In this document: piece after piece, positions 47,302 through 57,510 of the stretch
Layout of the letters: every line of letters begins with the position of its first letter
Position numbering within the stretch: the stretch's first letter is position 1
Assembly: GCA_964356915.1 (NCBI GenBank)
Contig: CAYHJF010000004.1
Coordinates: 663-64,662 of the forward strand
Length of the DNA stretch: 64,000 nt
Reading direction: 5' to 3'
Source of the DNA: an uncultured Candidatus Saccharibacteria bacterium
GTDB taxonomy: Bacteria > Patescibacteriota > Minisyncoccia > Ryanbacterales > GWA2-47-10b
The notes under the pieces: model-generated
Seen by the model: the letters and a program-made list of their open reading frames with translations, nothing else
Database searches by the model: none
What the model was told of the DNA's origin: nothing
Made by a program: the position numbers and the translations under genes

Positions 47302-49017
47302 ATGAAAAAGCTACTCATTTTTATTGTTATTTTTCTCGTGGCTCTCGCCATCCTTGATAAAGCAATCAATCATCCTGACTCCGCAAATACTCCCGGAAAT
47401 GAAAATACTACTACCGGTAGCAATAATGGCAACGGGAAAGGCTCTACGACTCAGACCCCCTCCCCCGTCGTACCGATTGCCGTAGCAGTATTTACTGAAA
47501 ACCCTACACGTACAGGAATCGAAATCACGGGTAAGAATCTCGGCGCATCAAGCGCAAAGGGAAAGATAGAGATCAATCTATCTGATGGATCAAAGTTATC
47601 GTTCCAACTAGAAGATTCGGAAATTGTCGCTTGGAAAAACGATCATATCACTATCCTCGTAAACAAGATTGCGACCAAGGGCACTATTAAAGTTACGACT
47701 GATACCGCAACACTCGACGTCCCAATTCAAGAAGCATATCTCTACGACTGGCTCTCTATCCCGCGCACCGCAAATACAAACGCATCTCCATTGGCACTCG
47801 CATCGGATACAAAGGGTCGTGTCTGGATTAACCAAGAATTTCATAGAGCATTTCATGTCTGGGAACCATCAACTGGGCAAGTTCGACAAATACAAATTCC
47901 ACTACCGCCTGGCGATGGACCATACGCTACTGTTTACTTGGGAACCGATGCGCGCACTGGCATCAGCGTATACGGAGAAGATATAGCGATCGATCAAGAT
48001 GGGTACGTATGGTTTACCGAAGGAGGCGATCTCTATGGAGGTAAGTTCCCAAATCATAGTAGAATTGTCCGCTATGATCCAAACGGTCGCAACGGAAGTC
48101 AGTTCCGTTTCTATAATATTCCCGGTGATAACAATCTCGTAATCGGCATCGCATTTGATACAAAAAGAAATCGAGTCTGGTTTACCAGCGCTACTCACAA
48201 CAGTGAAGTCTATCTAGAAAATGGACAAACAAATCATATCACCGGTCTTGTTGGTTCTAAACTTACAAGCTTTGATCCCGAGCGCGTCCCCTACAACGAT
48301 GGCACATCAATCGACTACTCGAGTGCATCAAAAAATCTCATCTGTAAAAAAGATCAATCTGACGCCACCTGTTATCATGAGTATCCAATTCCTATCTTTA
48401 CTCCCGGATTTAATACGGGTGTACCTTCGCACATTGCTGTAGATACGAGCGGAAACGTCTGGTACGCGACATACTGGGGTAGTAGTTACATTGGTCGCCT
48501 TAATCCAAACAATGGCGCGTTTACACACTATCCATTGCCAAAACCGATAGCCACCCAACCACTCGTCTCAACGCTTGGGTCAGGCATCTGGTACTTAGGA
48601 ATAGATAAAAATAATAATATTGTCATCACTGAAACGCTCGATAGCACTATGACGCGCCTTCGCACCTCTAACCTCAACTCGTCATGTGAAAAACTTGATG
48701 CGAAAGGTAACAATCCCTGTATCGACGAACAGCCCGTTCCACATGCTAATCTCTCTAACCAGCTCCTCCACTCTCTCGCCTTTGATTCCAAGGGCAACAC
48801 GTGGTTTGCTCAAACATCTGAAAATCCGAATGACTTCAGTAAAGTAAATGCTCTTGGGTATGTTACTGCTGACTGGAAGCGCACGATTCTCCTCCCGCCA
48901 CTCACACTCTTTACTGGAACTACATTTACCGGCACCGGTATCACGATCGATAAAAATGGAACTATCTGGTTTGGAGAATATATCGGTCAACGCCTTGGCC
49001 GACTTCAGAAAAAATAA
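47302..49017 (+). CDS. Membrane-anchored IPT/TIG-like plus beta-propeller (Vgb/NHL-like) protein
   Basis: TM; low-complexity linker; IEITGKNLG..IVAWKND.ITI; repeated IAxDxxGxVWF blades. Confidence 0.75.
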   Translation: MKKLLIFIVIFLVALAILDKAINHPDSANTPGNENTTTGSNNGNGKGSTTQTPSPVVPIAVAVFTENPTRTGIEITGKNLGASSAKGKIEINLSDGSKLSFQLEDSEIVAWKNDHITILVNKIATKGTIKVTTDTATLDVPIQEAYLYDWLSIPRTANTNASPLALASDTKGRVWINQEFHRAFHVWEPSTGQVRQIQIPLPPGDGPYATVYLGTDARTGISVYGEDIAIDQDGYVWFTEGGDLYGGKFPNHSRIVRYDPNGRNGSQFRFYNIPGDNNLVIGIAFDTKRNRVWFTSATHNSEVYLENGQTNHITGLVGSKLTSFDPERVPYNDGTSIDYSSASKNLICKKDQSDATCYHEYPIPIFTPGFNTGVPSHIAVDTSGNVWYATYWGSSYIGRLNPNNGAFTHYPLPKPIATQPLVSTLGSGIWYLGIDKNNNIVITETLDSTMTRLRTSNLNSSCEKLDAKGNNPCIDEQPVPHANLSNQLLHSLAFDSKGNTWFAQTSENPNDFSKVNALGYVTADWKRTILLPPLTLFTGTTFTGTGITIDKNGTIWFGEYIGQRLGRLQKK

Positions 49018-49029
49018 AAAAATCTAAAA

Positions 49030-49731
49030 CTAATCGCCAAGACGGTAGATCATATCTTTGCGCTCAACAACGATCTCCCATCCGCGTCGCTTGGCGGCGC
49101 GGTATAGCTTGGCATTTGGATTAAATGCGATTGGCCGCTCTACCATAGAAAGAAATGTAACATCAGACTCCGAGTCTCCGACACCAACTGAACCCTTGAG
49201 TGTCAGGTGCTCTCGCGCAAGCGCTCGACGTAAGATCAAATCCTTGCGATTAATCTCTTCTTCAAAGAGCACTTTACCGGTAAACCGAAAGCTTTCATCG
49301 ACTTCGTGAATGCGTCCGTAGACTTTATCAAAGCCAAGTTCTGTACAAAATGGCCCAACAATATCACGCGGTGACCACGAGATCGCAATGCAATAGTGAG
49401 TTTTTTTGAGTTTCGCTAACAGGTCACGCGTATAACGATACATTCTTTTTTTATGAAAACGCATGACATGCGTCGCCACTCGCTGGACATCAGCTTCGCG
49501 CACTCCCTTGATATAGCGCTGATACGCCTCTACTACTTTCCAAATATATTTATCGTATGAATCTTCGCGATTGAGCCACCGCCCAAATTGCTGCTCATAT
49601 ACTTTGGGTGCACTTTTTGGAAACACCCCTGCAGCAATCAATCCATCGACAAGCTCAATTAATAACGAGGATCGAAAAAGCGTACCATCGACATCGAAGA
49701 CGGCAAGTTTATTTTTATGGCGCGCAGGCAT
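49030..49731 (-). CDS. HAD-IB (phosphoserine phosphatase-like) hydrolase
   Basis: FDVDGT, GVGDSESD, PIAFNP. Confidence 0.88.
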   Translation of the reverse strand: MPARHKNKLAVFDVDGTLFRSSLLIELVDGLIAAGVFPKSAPKVYEQQFGRWLNREDSYDKYIWKVVEAYQRYIKGVREADVQRVATHVMRFHKKRMYRYTRDLLAKLKKTHYCIAISWSPRDIVGPFCTELGFDKVYGRIHEVDESFRFTGKVLFEEEINRKDLILRRALAREHLTLKGSVGVGDSESDVTFLSMVERPIAFNPNAKLYRAAKRRGWEIVVERKDMIYRLGD

Positions 49732-49732
49732 A

Positions 49733-50845
49733 TCACTTTTCCGCTTTATCATCGGCAGCGTCTAGAAGCGCCAACTCGATTGGAAGCTCTTGGAGCATCC
49801 CTCGGTATCCCGACTGAAATGCCTCAATAAGTTTTGTAAGTAAATATAAAACGTGCTTTTTATCAGCAGTTTTGTGACTTTCAAAAAATGCTGCGTGCAC
49901 ATCAGAAAATTCTTTTTTGATGCGATCTATTTCACGTGGATCGAGAAGTGAGAGAAAAAGAATCTTTGTTTCATTGATTAATAACCGCCCAAGCATCTTG
50001 GCATCGATTCCCTTCTCGGCGATTTGTTTCATGGAATCAAGAATACCCTTGGGATCACGCCCAAGTGCTCGATCGATAAGTGTATGGATGATTTCAATTT
50101 GAGGTAATCCAAAAAGTTGTTCGAGTGAATCTTTGTCAGCACCTGATGGAAATGCATCCATAAGCTGCCCAAGCATTGATTCGCCGTCGCGGATAGAACC
50201 ATCTGCAAGAAAAGCCAGAAGACCAAGCGCGTCATCTGCGAGCTTATACTTTTCAGCCTTTAAAAGCGTATGTAAGCGTTCATGAAGCTTCTCTCCCGAT
50301 ACTCGACGAAACTCAAAGTGCTGAACGCGTGATTTTATCGTATCAGGGACTTTTTCTGGTTCAGTGGTAGCTAAAATAAACATCGCATGCTCCGGTGGCT
50401 CTTCAAGTGTTTTCAACAACGCATTGAATGCTTCTTTGGTAAGCATGTGAACTTCATCGATAATATATACTTTGCGTTTTGCTGATCCTGGAGTAAATCG
50501 CACTGAATCGCGAAGCTCGCGAATTTCATCAATACCTCGATTGGATGCCGCATCAATCTCTATTAAATCTAAGGCGCGGCCAGCAGAAAATTCTTTACAC
50601 ATCGTACATGTATTGCACGGCTCGCCATCTTTGCCTCGTTTCTCGCAGTTGTATGCCTTAGCCAAGAGTCGCGCGAGTGTTGTCTTGCCCGTACCACGCG
50701 TACCCGAAAACAAATATCCATGCGCGACGCGACCAAGCGTAAGCGCATTTTTCAAAACTGTCACCACGTGATCCTGCCCTACTACTTCGGAAAATAAGCT
50801 CGGGCGATATTTGCGATAGAGTACAACGGCTTCAGGCTTCTGCAT
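49733..50845 (-). CDS. dnaX: DNA polymerase III subunit gamma/tau
   Basis: LYRKYRP, GTRGTGKTT, Zn Cys, EIDAASNRG, IIDEVHML, NALLKTLEEPP. Confidence 0.97.
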   Translation of the reverse strand: MQKPEAVVLYRKYRPSLFSEVVGQDHVVTVLKNALTLGRVAHGYLFSGTRGTGKTTLARLLAKAYNCEKRGKDGEPCNTCTMCKEFSAGRALDLIEIDAASNRGIDEIRELRDSVRFTPGSAKRKVYIIDEVHMLTKEAFNALLKTLEEPPEHAMFILATTEPEKVPDTIKSRVQHFEFRRVSGEKLHERLHTLLKAEKYKLADDALGLLAFLADGSIRDGESMLGQLMDAFPSGADKDSLEQLFGLPQIEIIHTLIDRALGRDPKGILDSMKQIAEKGIDAKMLGRLLINETKILFLSLLDPREIDRIKKEFSDVHAAFFESHKTADKKHVLYLLTKLIEAFQSGYRGMLQELPIELALLDAADDKAEK

Positions 50846-50902
50846 GGCGCTATCGTAGCAGAAAAATTAAACCCAGAAAATATGTATAAATCCCTCAAGT
50901 CA

Positions 50903-51805
50903 TCACCATCCACCACTCGCCCCTCCGCCACCAGAACGCCCTCCGCCAAAACCACCAAATCCTCCGCCGCCAGAACTCCTCCGACCAAGCCCAGAACCAC
51001 CAGCCCACCAGCGAGGTCTCTTGCCCAACACTACACTTTGTTGATATTCACGAGATACAAGAAAATCAAAGAGAAGTCCAAAGACTGTCAAAACACTCAT
51101 CGCTACAATCCCCGCATAAACGAAACCGGATATAAAACCAATCAAAGACCCTATAACACCTCCTATAATACCTCCTGCCCACCATGATTTTGAGCGCGCG
51201 AGAACACTGATAACCCACACAAATAAAACCAAGGCTAACGGGGAAAAATCAAAATGAACTTTCATTGTGGAATCCTGCAAAGATGCGGGCGGCTCTCCTA
51301 CATCAGCATCAATTGCCTTTTGTATCTCTTGCGTTACCTCACGTATACCTCGCGCATATTCATTATTTTGAAAAGCGGGCTTGGCAACACGCTCTATAAT
51401 CCAATAGCTTTCTGCATCCGTCAGGACTGGCTCAAGTCCATACCCAACTTCGATACGCATCTTATGATCATCGAGCGCGACAAGAAAAAGTACCCCATTA
51501 TCTTTACCCTCTTTACCGATACCCCACTCGGCAAATAATTTTTCAGAAAAATTTTCTACTGTATCACCATCAAGACTTTTGATAACAGCAACTGCAATTT
51601 CATTGCCAGTCTTTTTTTCATACTCTGAGAGCTGACTCTCAAGCTCCCCGCGCTCTGTCTCTGACATGACAGCTGCATAATCATTAACATATCCGGATGG
51701 CGCACCAGGAGTTACATATGCAGATACTGTTATAGGGGCAAGCAACACGAAGACAACGCCAGCAACAAAGAACTTGCGCCACATAGTACAAATAAGAGAA
51801 CGCAT
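50903..51805 (-). CDS. TPM-domain (YgcG-like) membrane protein
   Basis: YVNDYA, WGIGKEGKDNGVL, RIEVGYGLE; Gly-rich tail GGGRSGGGGASGGW. Confidence 0.92.
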   Translation of the reverse strand: MRSLICTMWRKFFVAGVVFVLLAPITVSAYVTPGAPSGYVNDYAAVMSETERGELESQLSEYEKKTGNEIAVAVIKSLDGDTVENFSEKLFAEWGIGKEGKDNGVLFLVALDDHKMRIEVGYGLEPVLTDAESYWIIERVAKPAFQNNEYARGIREVTQEIQKAIDADVGEPPASLQDSTMKVHFDFSPLALVLFVWVISVLARSKSWWAGGIIGGVIGSLIGFISGFVYAGIVAMSVLTVFGLLFDFLVSREYQQSVVLGKRPRWWAGGSGLGRRSSGGGGFGGFGGGRSGGGGASGGW

Positions 51806-52359
51806 TAGAACGTAACTTTTGGTGCGTTTTCCGCGCCTGATGCAGCATCAAAATACGCTCGTTCTGAAAACCCAAACTTACTCGCGATTATATTACCTGG
51901 AAAACGTTTAACGGAAGTATTGAGATCTCGTACCATATCATTAAATCGTCCCCGCTCAACGCCGATACGATTCTCTGTTCCTTCAAGCTGAACCATGAGT
52001 GTTTGAACATTTTCTGATGAACGCAATTGAGGATAGTTTTCTACAATAACGAGCAACCTGCCAAGAGAAGATTCAACTTGAGTTGCTGCTGCTGCTTTCT
52101 CATCAACCGTCTTTGCACCGGCATACTTTGTACGAGCATCTGCAAGCGCACCAAAGACCGACTGCTCTTGCTGCATAACACCTTTTACAGACTCGACAAG
52201 ATTTGGGATCAAATCAAGCCTTCTTTGGTATTGAGTTTCAACCTGTGCCCACTGGCTATCAATTTTTTCCTCTAAACTCACAAACTTATTGTATGTAGTA
52301 AATAAATATCCGCCCAGAAGCACGACGACAGCTACGACACCAAGAAGAATTTTTTTCAT
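51805..52359 (-). CDS. lemA: LemA family protein
   Basis: WAQVETQYQRRLDLIPNLV, ENYPQLRS, LEGTENRI. Confidence 0.95.
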   Translation of the reverse strand: MKKILLGVVAVVVLLGGYLFTTYNKFVSLEEKIDSQWAQVETQYQRRLDLIPNLVESVKGVMQQEQSVFGALADARTKYAGAKTVDEKAAAATQVESSLGRLLVIVENYPQLRSSENVQTLMVQLEGTENRIGVERGRFNDMVRDLNTSVKRFPGNIIASKFGFSERAYFDAASGAENAPKVTF

Positions 52360-52401
52360 AGATATAACAATTATATAATTACGCGACTAAATAATTTTTT
52401 T

Positions 52402-53010
52402 CTATCCAAAAACAATAAATTTATACCCAAAGAAATTCCAAACCAGGGAAACGATAGTAGCAAAAATCTTAGAGATCGTAACCAGTCGATCTGCATTTAA
52501 GCCCGCGTTACCTGCAAGTAACTGAATAACGACAAGCGCGACTCCGGTATTAATACCGAGTCCGATAAGTGTCACGACCACAAATATAAGAAATTCTTTA
52601 CTCGTAGGAGGCGCTTTCTCAGCAAATGTCCATACTCGCTGCCAAAAATAACTATTTATTAATGCTACTACTGTCGCGCCAAGCAAGACCAGTATCATAG
52701 TTCTACTTTCAGGATCGATATCGTAGGCACGACGCAATGATGTTGCGATACCCGTATCAACAGAAAAATTCATGAGACCAACAATTCCAAACCGACCAAG
52801 CTGTTTTAAAAACAGCATGTGTGAGAATAATTTTGAGGCGATGACGTAACCTATATACTCAGCTGCAGGGAAAATTATAAAAAGCGTCCACAGTGGGATC
52901 ACCATACCAGAAATCACAATCAGCGTCTGAGTATTAATCAAAAGTAATCGCACAAAAAATGCCGTAATGAGACCGACGACTGCAGCGTAAAGATAATCTT
53001 TTTTAAACAT
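52402..53010 (-). CDS. GtrA family (lipid-linked sugar flippase-like) protein
   Basis: RFGIVGLMN, NSYFWQRVWTF, WNFFGYKFIVF. Confidence 0.88.
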   Translation of the reverse strand: MFKKDYLYAAVVGLITAFFVRLLLINTQTLIVISGMVIPLWTLFIIFPAAEYIGYVIASKLFSHMLFLKQLGRFGIVGLMNFSVDTGIATSLRRAYDIDPESRTMILVLLGATVVALINSYFWQRVWTFAEKAPPTSKEFLIFVVVTLIGLGINTGVALVVIQLLAGNAGLNADRLVTISKIFATIVSLVWNFFGYKFIVFG

Positions 53011-53016
53011 ATATTA

Positions 53017-55482
53017 TTAGGTTGCCGTCCCTGATGTAACTGGGGAGGCGGGGACATTAAGCTTCTGGTATCGTGCGCGCACCTCTGCTTCAACTTCTTC
53101 GCGCGCCCTACCATACGTGCGCCGAGAGTACTCAACCACCATCTCTCGAATATGCTCGCTACCTTCTTTAGGAGCATAGGTTTTAAGACTGAACGGTCGA
53201 GAGGGCTGACCCTGTATTAATAGCTTACCATAGGCATTGTGGTTCTCAATATTAGAAAGATCGCGCGCACTAAACACCGGACTAAATTGTTTCTCCATAA
53301 ATTCTCCGTCTTCTGTACCAATACGAAATGAAAGGATCGATCCTACGTTACCAAATACCGCTTTTTTAATATCATCTGTAAGCTGTCCTAAAAACTGATG
53401 TGCAACAATTAAATTCAACCGATATTTGCGAGCTTCTGACAAAATCGTCGCGATAGAATTAGTTGTCACATTTTGGAATTCATCGATATATAAATAAAAG
53501 TTTTTGCGCTCAGATTCCGGCATATCCGTACGCGAGAGTGAGGCCATCAAAATCTTTCCTATAATCACAAGTCCTAAAAGATACGAGTTTAATTCTCCAA
53601 GTCGCCCCTTGGATAGATTCACTAAAAGAATTTTTTGCGTATCCATGATTTCACGAAAATTGAGTGCGCTTTTTTGCTGAGCAATAATTGGACGCATAAT
53701 TTCGTTTCCCGTAAACGTATCTGTTTTTGATGTGATATAGGGAACCATATTGGCAAGACTTGCCTCCCCTCCTGTCTTCTCCGCAATTTTACGCCAGAAA
53801 AGTTCAACGACTGGATTTGAACAGCGTGAAAGTTTCATATCACGAAATTCTTTATCCGCCATAACACGCCCTACTTCCATAAGTGTTGCGCCACTCGTCG
53901 GGTCTTCCATGACCAACATGGTGGCATTGCGAAAATATTGCTGGAACATAGGGCCGAGGGCCTCAGGCACATCACCATATAGTTTTTCAAAAATCGAAAG
54001 AAGTTCGTTTACAATAAATGTTTTTTGTTCTGGAAACCGCGGATCGTATTCAAGAAAGTTTAGTCCCATCGGGCGCTCTACGTCTCCTGGATTAAAGTAA
54101 ATCACATCTTTCATGCGATGTTCTGGGATTACCTCCAGCAAGGACTCAACATCCTGACCGTGCGGATCCATAAAACATACTCCGTGCCCAGCCTCAATAT
54201 CCTGACGCGCCATTTCGCGTAAGAGTGCGGATTTACCTGTACCAGTCTGCCCGATAACATACGTGTGACGTTGACGATCGGACGATGACATAAAAATTTC
54301 TTTTTTTGCACCACGGAAAAGATTATAACCAAGCCGCAAACCAGACTCAGGCAACACGGGTGGTGGTGGTGCTTCACGAGCTGTCAGATACATAACGTTG
54401 GGTGCATGAAATCCGGCGTATGGAAAATGAAACATGCCCGCAAGCTCGGTTGATGAGAGATATAAGGAGCGCGCACGATCAAAAAGCCGAAATGAAAAGT
54501 CATAGAGCATTTCTTCGAGCGCTTTGCCGCCGAGCCGCTCAAATTTGAACGCATTGCCTTGCGGATGAGCAAACTGGGCAAATGCCGCCTCAAGCCCCTG
54601 TAAAATTTCAAACGTTTCTTCGGCTGTCGACGATGAGGCAACTAATCGAATATTTACATCAAGCGCACGACTCCCTGCCTTTGATTCAATCTCTTTTGCA
54701 ATTTCCTCATCAGGACTTTTGTGATCCTTTGTATCCTGTTGTGATTTTTGTTCTTTAACAACATGTTTGATCTTAATATCTCCGCGTGCATTACCAAGAG
54801 CCTCTTTCACCGATGAACCCGCGCGGATCTTTTGTGCTACTTCTTTGCCCATCTGATAATGAACGTCTCGAGCAGGACGAACAACAAATTGAATTGCCGC
54901 ACCGTCACCCATGTGTTTAAGTTTTGAAAACGCCCCTACCATAACCGCAAGCGGATCTTCGCCCAAATCTTTATAGGTACGCAGTGGAATCGTCGCGTCT
55001 TTTGTAAGATGCGCGACTGATCCTGCGCTCACACCAGTTGGATGAAATAGATTGTAATCTTCTACATGATCAATCTTTGCGGATGGAAAAAAGGAATGCA
55101 TTTGGTTTGCAAAAAAAGTCGCAGCAACTTGAGGTACTGCAGCATAAAAAATAACCTCTTGCCCGACATGAGGTAACGCGAGCTCGAAAGAAACAGACGG
55201 CGAGCCAAATCGAATGTCATGCCATCGCGAAGGGCGCAGCGCCTCAAGAGCTGAGACGAGCTGTTCCATCGCAACCATAATATCTTTAGGCTCTTTTTGA
55301 CGCGCCTCGCCTGACATAGGAATCTCATCTTGAGGAATCAATATTCGATAGAGCACAGTTTCAAGAGAACCCTCTATCTCAAAACGTTCGCGTGGACGCC
55401 ATACAAATATATAAAAAGCTGCCGCACCAAAAGCGGTCAGTCCTGCAAGTACGAATGAGAAAGTTAAAAGAAAATCAGCCAT
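53017..55482 (-). CDS. Membrane-anchored VirD4/TraG/HerA-like P-loop ATPase
   Basis: RHTYVIGQTGTGKS, DPHG, LYIDEFQN, LSEARKY, AHQF, GNVGS. Confidence 0.88.
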   Translation of the reverse strand: MADFLLTFSFVLAGLTAFGAAAFYIFVWRPRERFEIEGSLETVLYRILIPQDEIPMSGEARQKEPKDIMVAMEQLVSALEALRPSRWHDIRFGSPSVSFELALPHVGQEVIFYAAVPQVAATFFANQMHSFFPSAKIDHVEDYNLFHPTGVSAGSVAHLTKDATIPLRTYKDLGEDPLAVMVGAFSKLKHMGDGAAIQFVVRPARDVHYQMGKEVAQKIRAGSSVKEALGNARGDIKIKHVVKEQKSQQDTKDHKSPDEEIAKEIESKAGSRALDVNIRLVASSSTAEETFEILQGLEAAFAQFAHPQGNAFKFERLGGKALEEMLYDFSFRLFDRARSLYLSSTELAGMFHFPYAGFHAPNVMYLTAREAPPPPVLPESGLRLGYNLFRGAKKEIFMSSSDRQRHTYVIGQTGTGKSALLREMARQDIEAGHGVCFMDPHGQDVESLLEVIPEHRMKDVIYFNPGDVERPMGLNFLEYDPRFPEQKTFIVNELLSIFEKLYGDVPEALGPMFQQYFRNATMLVMEDPTSGATLMEVGRVMADKEFRDMKLSRCSNPVVELFWRKIAEKTGGEASLANMVPYITSKTDTFTGNEIMRPIIAQQKSALNFREIMDTQKILLVNLSKGRLGELNSYLLGLVIIGKILMASLSRTDMPESERKNFYLYIDEFQNVTTNSIATILSEARKYRLNLIVAHQFLGQLTDDIKKAVFGNVGSILSFRIGTEDGEFMEKQFSPVFSARDLSNIENHNAYGKLLIQGQPSRPFSLKTYAPKEGSEHIREMVVEYSRRTYGRAREEVEAEVRARYQKLNVPASPVTSGTAT

Positions 55483-55862
55483 CAATCAATATGACCCTGC
55501 TCACGAAGTCGCTCAAGCAATCGCCCCGCAAGGGCATCGTGCAATTCATCTACCATATGAGGGTTATGAATTTTGCGTACCGCCCGCACCGCAGCAATAG
55601 GGCCTTCACGTAGTGCAAGTTCAACATAGGGAGCAATCTGTTCTTCTGTTGATATTTGAGTACCATGCACGACGGCCGACTCTAGCGCTTCTCCAGGCAT
55701 TTTTTCAAGCTCTTCCATCTCCTCAGACGTATGTTGTTTGATGACTTCTTTAACAATCTCATGCCCACCTCGTTCGGCAAGCTCGGTTTTACGATCCAAT
55801 ATACGCTGTTCGAGATATGCGATCTCTTCTTCAGGCGAATTAAATTTTGGCCCTTCGGTCAT
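55482..55862 (-). CDS. Hypothetical helical protein coupled to the ATPase gene
   Basis: Stop codon overlaps the ATPase start; GPIAAV..NPHMVDELHDAL. Confidence 0.75.
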   Translation of the reverse strand: MTEGPKFNSPEEEIAYLEQRILDRKTELAERGGHEIVKEVIKQHTSEEMEELEKMPGEALESAVVHGTQISTEEQIAPYVELALREGPIAAVRAVRKIHNPHMVDELHDALAGRLLERLREQGHID

Positions 55863-55916
55863 GTAATCCAGTATACCATAGATCGCAAAACCGTAGATTT
55901 CTATTATAATAATCTT

Positions 55917-57506
55917 ATGAACCGCAAAACTCGCATCGCCCTTCTTTTACTCATACTCGTCATCGGCGCAGCATTTCGCCTCCTCGACCTTCATACGATT
56001 CCGCCAGGACTCTTCCCTGACGAAGCAATGAATGGAAATAATCTCCATGAAGCACTTGGCACCGGCGATTTCAAAGTATTTTATAAAGAGAATAACGGAC
56101 GCGAGGGATTCTTTATCAATCTTCAATCTCTCTCTGTTCTCGCATTTGGACATACGGCCTTCGCGTTACGCTTTGCATCAGCACTCTTTGGTATCGCTAC
56201 AATATTGGCGCTCTATCTTTTTAGTCGAGCATATTTTCGAAACGATCGGATCGCCCTCCTCGCAGCATTTTTCATTGCGACCGGATTTTGGCACATCATG
56301 TTTTCTCGTATTGGATTTCGTGCGATCATGGCACCATTTTTTCTCACTGCCGGACTCTGGGGTATCTATCGCGCGTACGATCTCCGTCATGACACCAAAC
56401 ACTGGCGACCACTCGCGATTAGTGCGCTTGGTGGTATTTTATTTGGTCTTGGGTTTCATTCGTATATTGCATATCGCGCGGCACCCATCCTCCTCCTTCC
56501 AATTTTTTGGTTATTTGTTAAAGAAGCGCGCACTCACCGTAATGCATGCATCGTCTGTGTCCCCGCCATATTTGTACTCATGGCACTTCTTACAACCATT
56601 CCCCTCCTTCTTTACTTTACCGAATATCCTCAAGACTTCTTTGGTCGCACATCTCAAATCTCCATCTTCTCATCTCCAAATCCTCTCGCCGCACTCGCAA
56701 CAAACATTGTAAAAACAATCGGTATGTTTTACGTCGCAGGCGACTTTAACTGGCGCCACAACTATGCCGGGCATCCAACACTCTGGTGGCCACTCGCCAT
56801 CTTCTTCACAATTGGCATCGCTGAATCAATTCGAAAACGGTACGCTCTCATTCTTATGTGGATGTTTGTCATGATGCTCCCTGTACTGATTTCATCTGAA
56901 GGAATCCCCCACGCTCTTCGCGCGATCATTCTCATCCCACCAACATTCATTCTTGTAGCTGTGGGCTTTGATCTTGTCTGGCAAGCAATACTTGCGTGGC
57001 TCAAAAAAGCAGAGGTTACTCACTCGGAAGCCTCAAGCATCATCAAACGAATTCGCGCGTGGACATCCGTTCTCGCCATCGTTTTTCTTGGCACATCCAT
57101 GGCCTATACATTTAATCTATATTTCCAAAAATGGGCTGTCCGCCCACACGTAGCAGATGCATTTGAAAAAGATCTCTACACAACAGGCGTTCTCATCGCT
57201 CGCCAACCAGATTCACTCCCAAAGTATGTCATCGTGAGCGAAGTAGATTCTATCGACATCTCTGGTCGTCCCATGGCGCTCCAACCAATCTTATTTGCCA
57301 CACGAACATATCGACCCGACCCACCTGGCGCACATGGAGTGTGGTATCTCACTGCCCAAGAGCTTGATCGAGTTATCTGTAATCCCGACTGTATGATTTT
57401 CCCACTTTCAAACTTTCATAAAATTGGAGACAAGCTCAAAGAGCGTATTCCAAACTTAAAAGCAAAGTCTGAGGATGGCATTCTCTTCTTTGCGCCCCAA
57501 CAATAA
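55917..57506 (+). CDS. GT-C fold glycosyltransferase (ArnT/PMT-like)
   Basis: PPGLFPDEA after TM1; ALRFASA; SRIGFR; multiple TM. Confidence 0.85.
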   Translation: MNRKTRIALLLLILVIGAAFRLLDLHTIPPGLFPDEAMNGNNLHEALGTGDFKVFYKENNGREGFFINLQSLSVLAFGHTAFALRFASALFGIATILALYLFSRAYFRNDRIALLAAFFIATGFWHIMFSRIGFRAIMAPFFLTAGLWGIYRAYDLRHDTKHWRPLAISALGGILFGLGFHSYIAYRAAPILLLPIFWLFVKEARTHRNACIVCVPAIFVLMALLTTIPLLLYFTEYPQDFFGRTSQISIFSSPNPLAALATNIVKTIGMFYVAGDFNWRHNYAGHPTLWWPLAIFFTIGIAESIRKRYALILMWMFVMMLPVLISSEGIPHALRAIILIPPTFILVAVGFDLVWQAILAWLKKAEVTHSEASSIIKRIRAWTSVLAIVFLGTSMAYTFNLYFQKWAVRPHVADAFEKDLYTTGVLIARQPDSLPKYVIVSEVDSIDISGRPMALQPILFATRTYRPDPPGAHGVWYLTAQELDRVICNPDCMIFPLSNFHKIGDKLKERIPNLKAKSEDGILFFAPQQ

Positions 57507-57510
57507 ACTA

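Noticed and set aside
47302-49017. Virginiamycin B lyase resistance gene
   Set aside because: Only generic propeller blade similarity; it is extracellular and much longer than Vgb
53017-55485. Conjugative type IV secretion system
   Set aside because: No VirB4, relaxase or pilin genes nearby; the context is housekeeping
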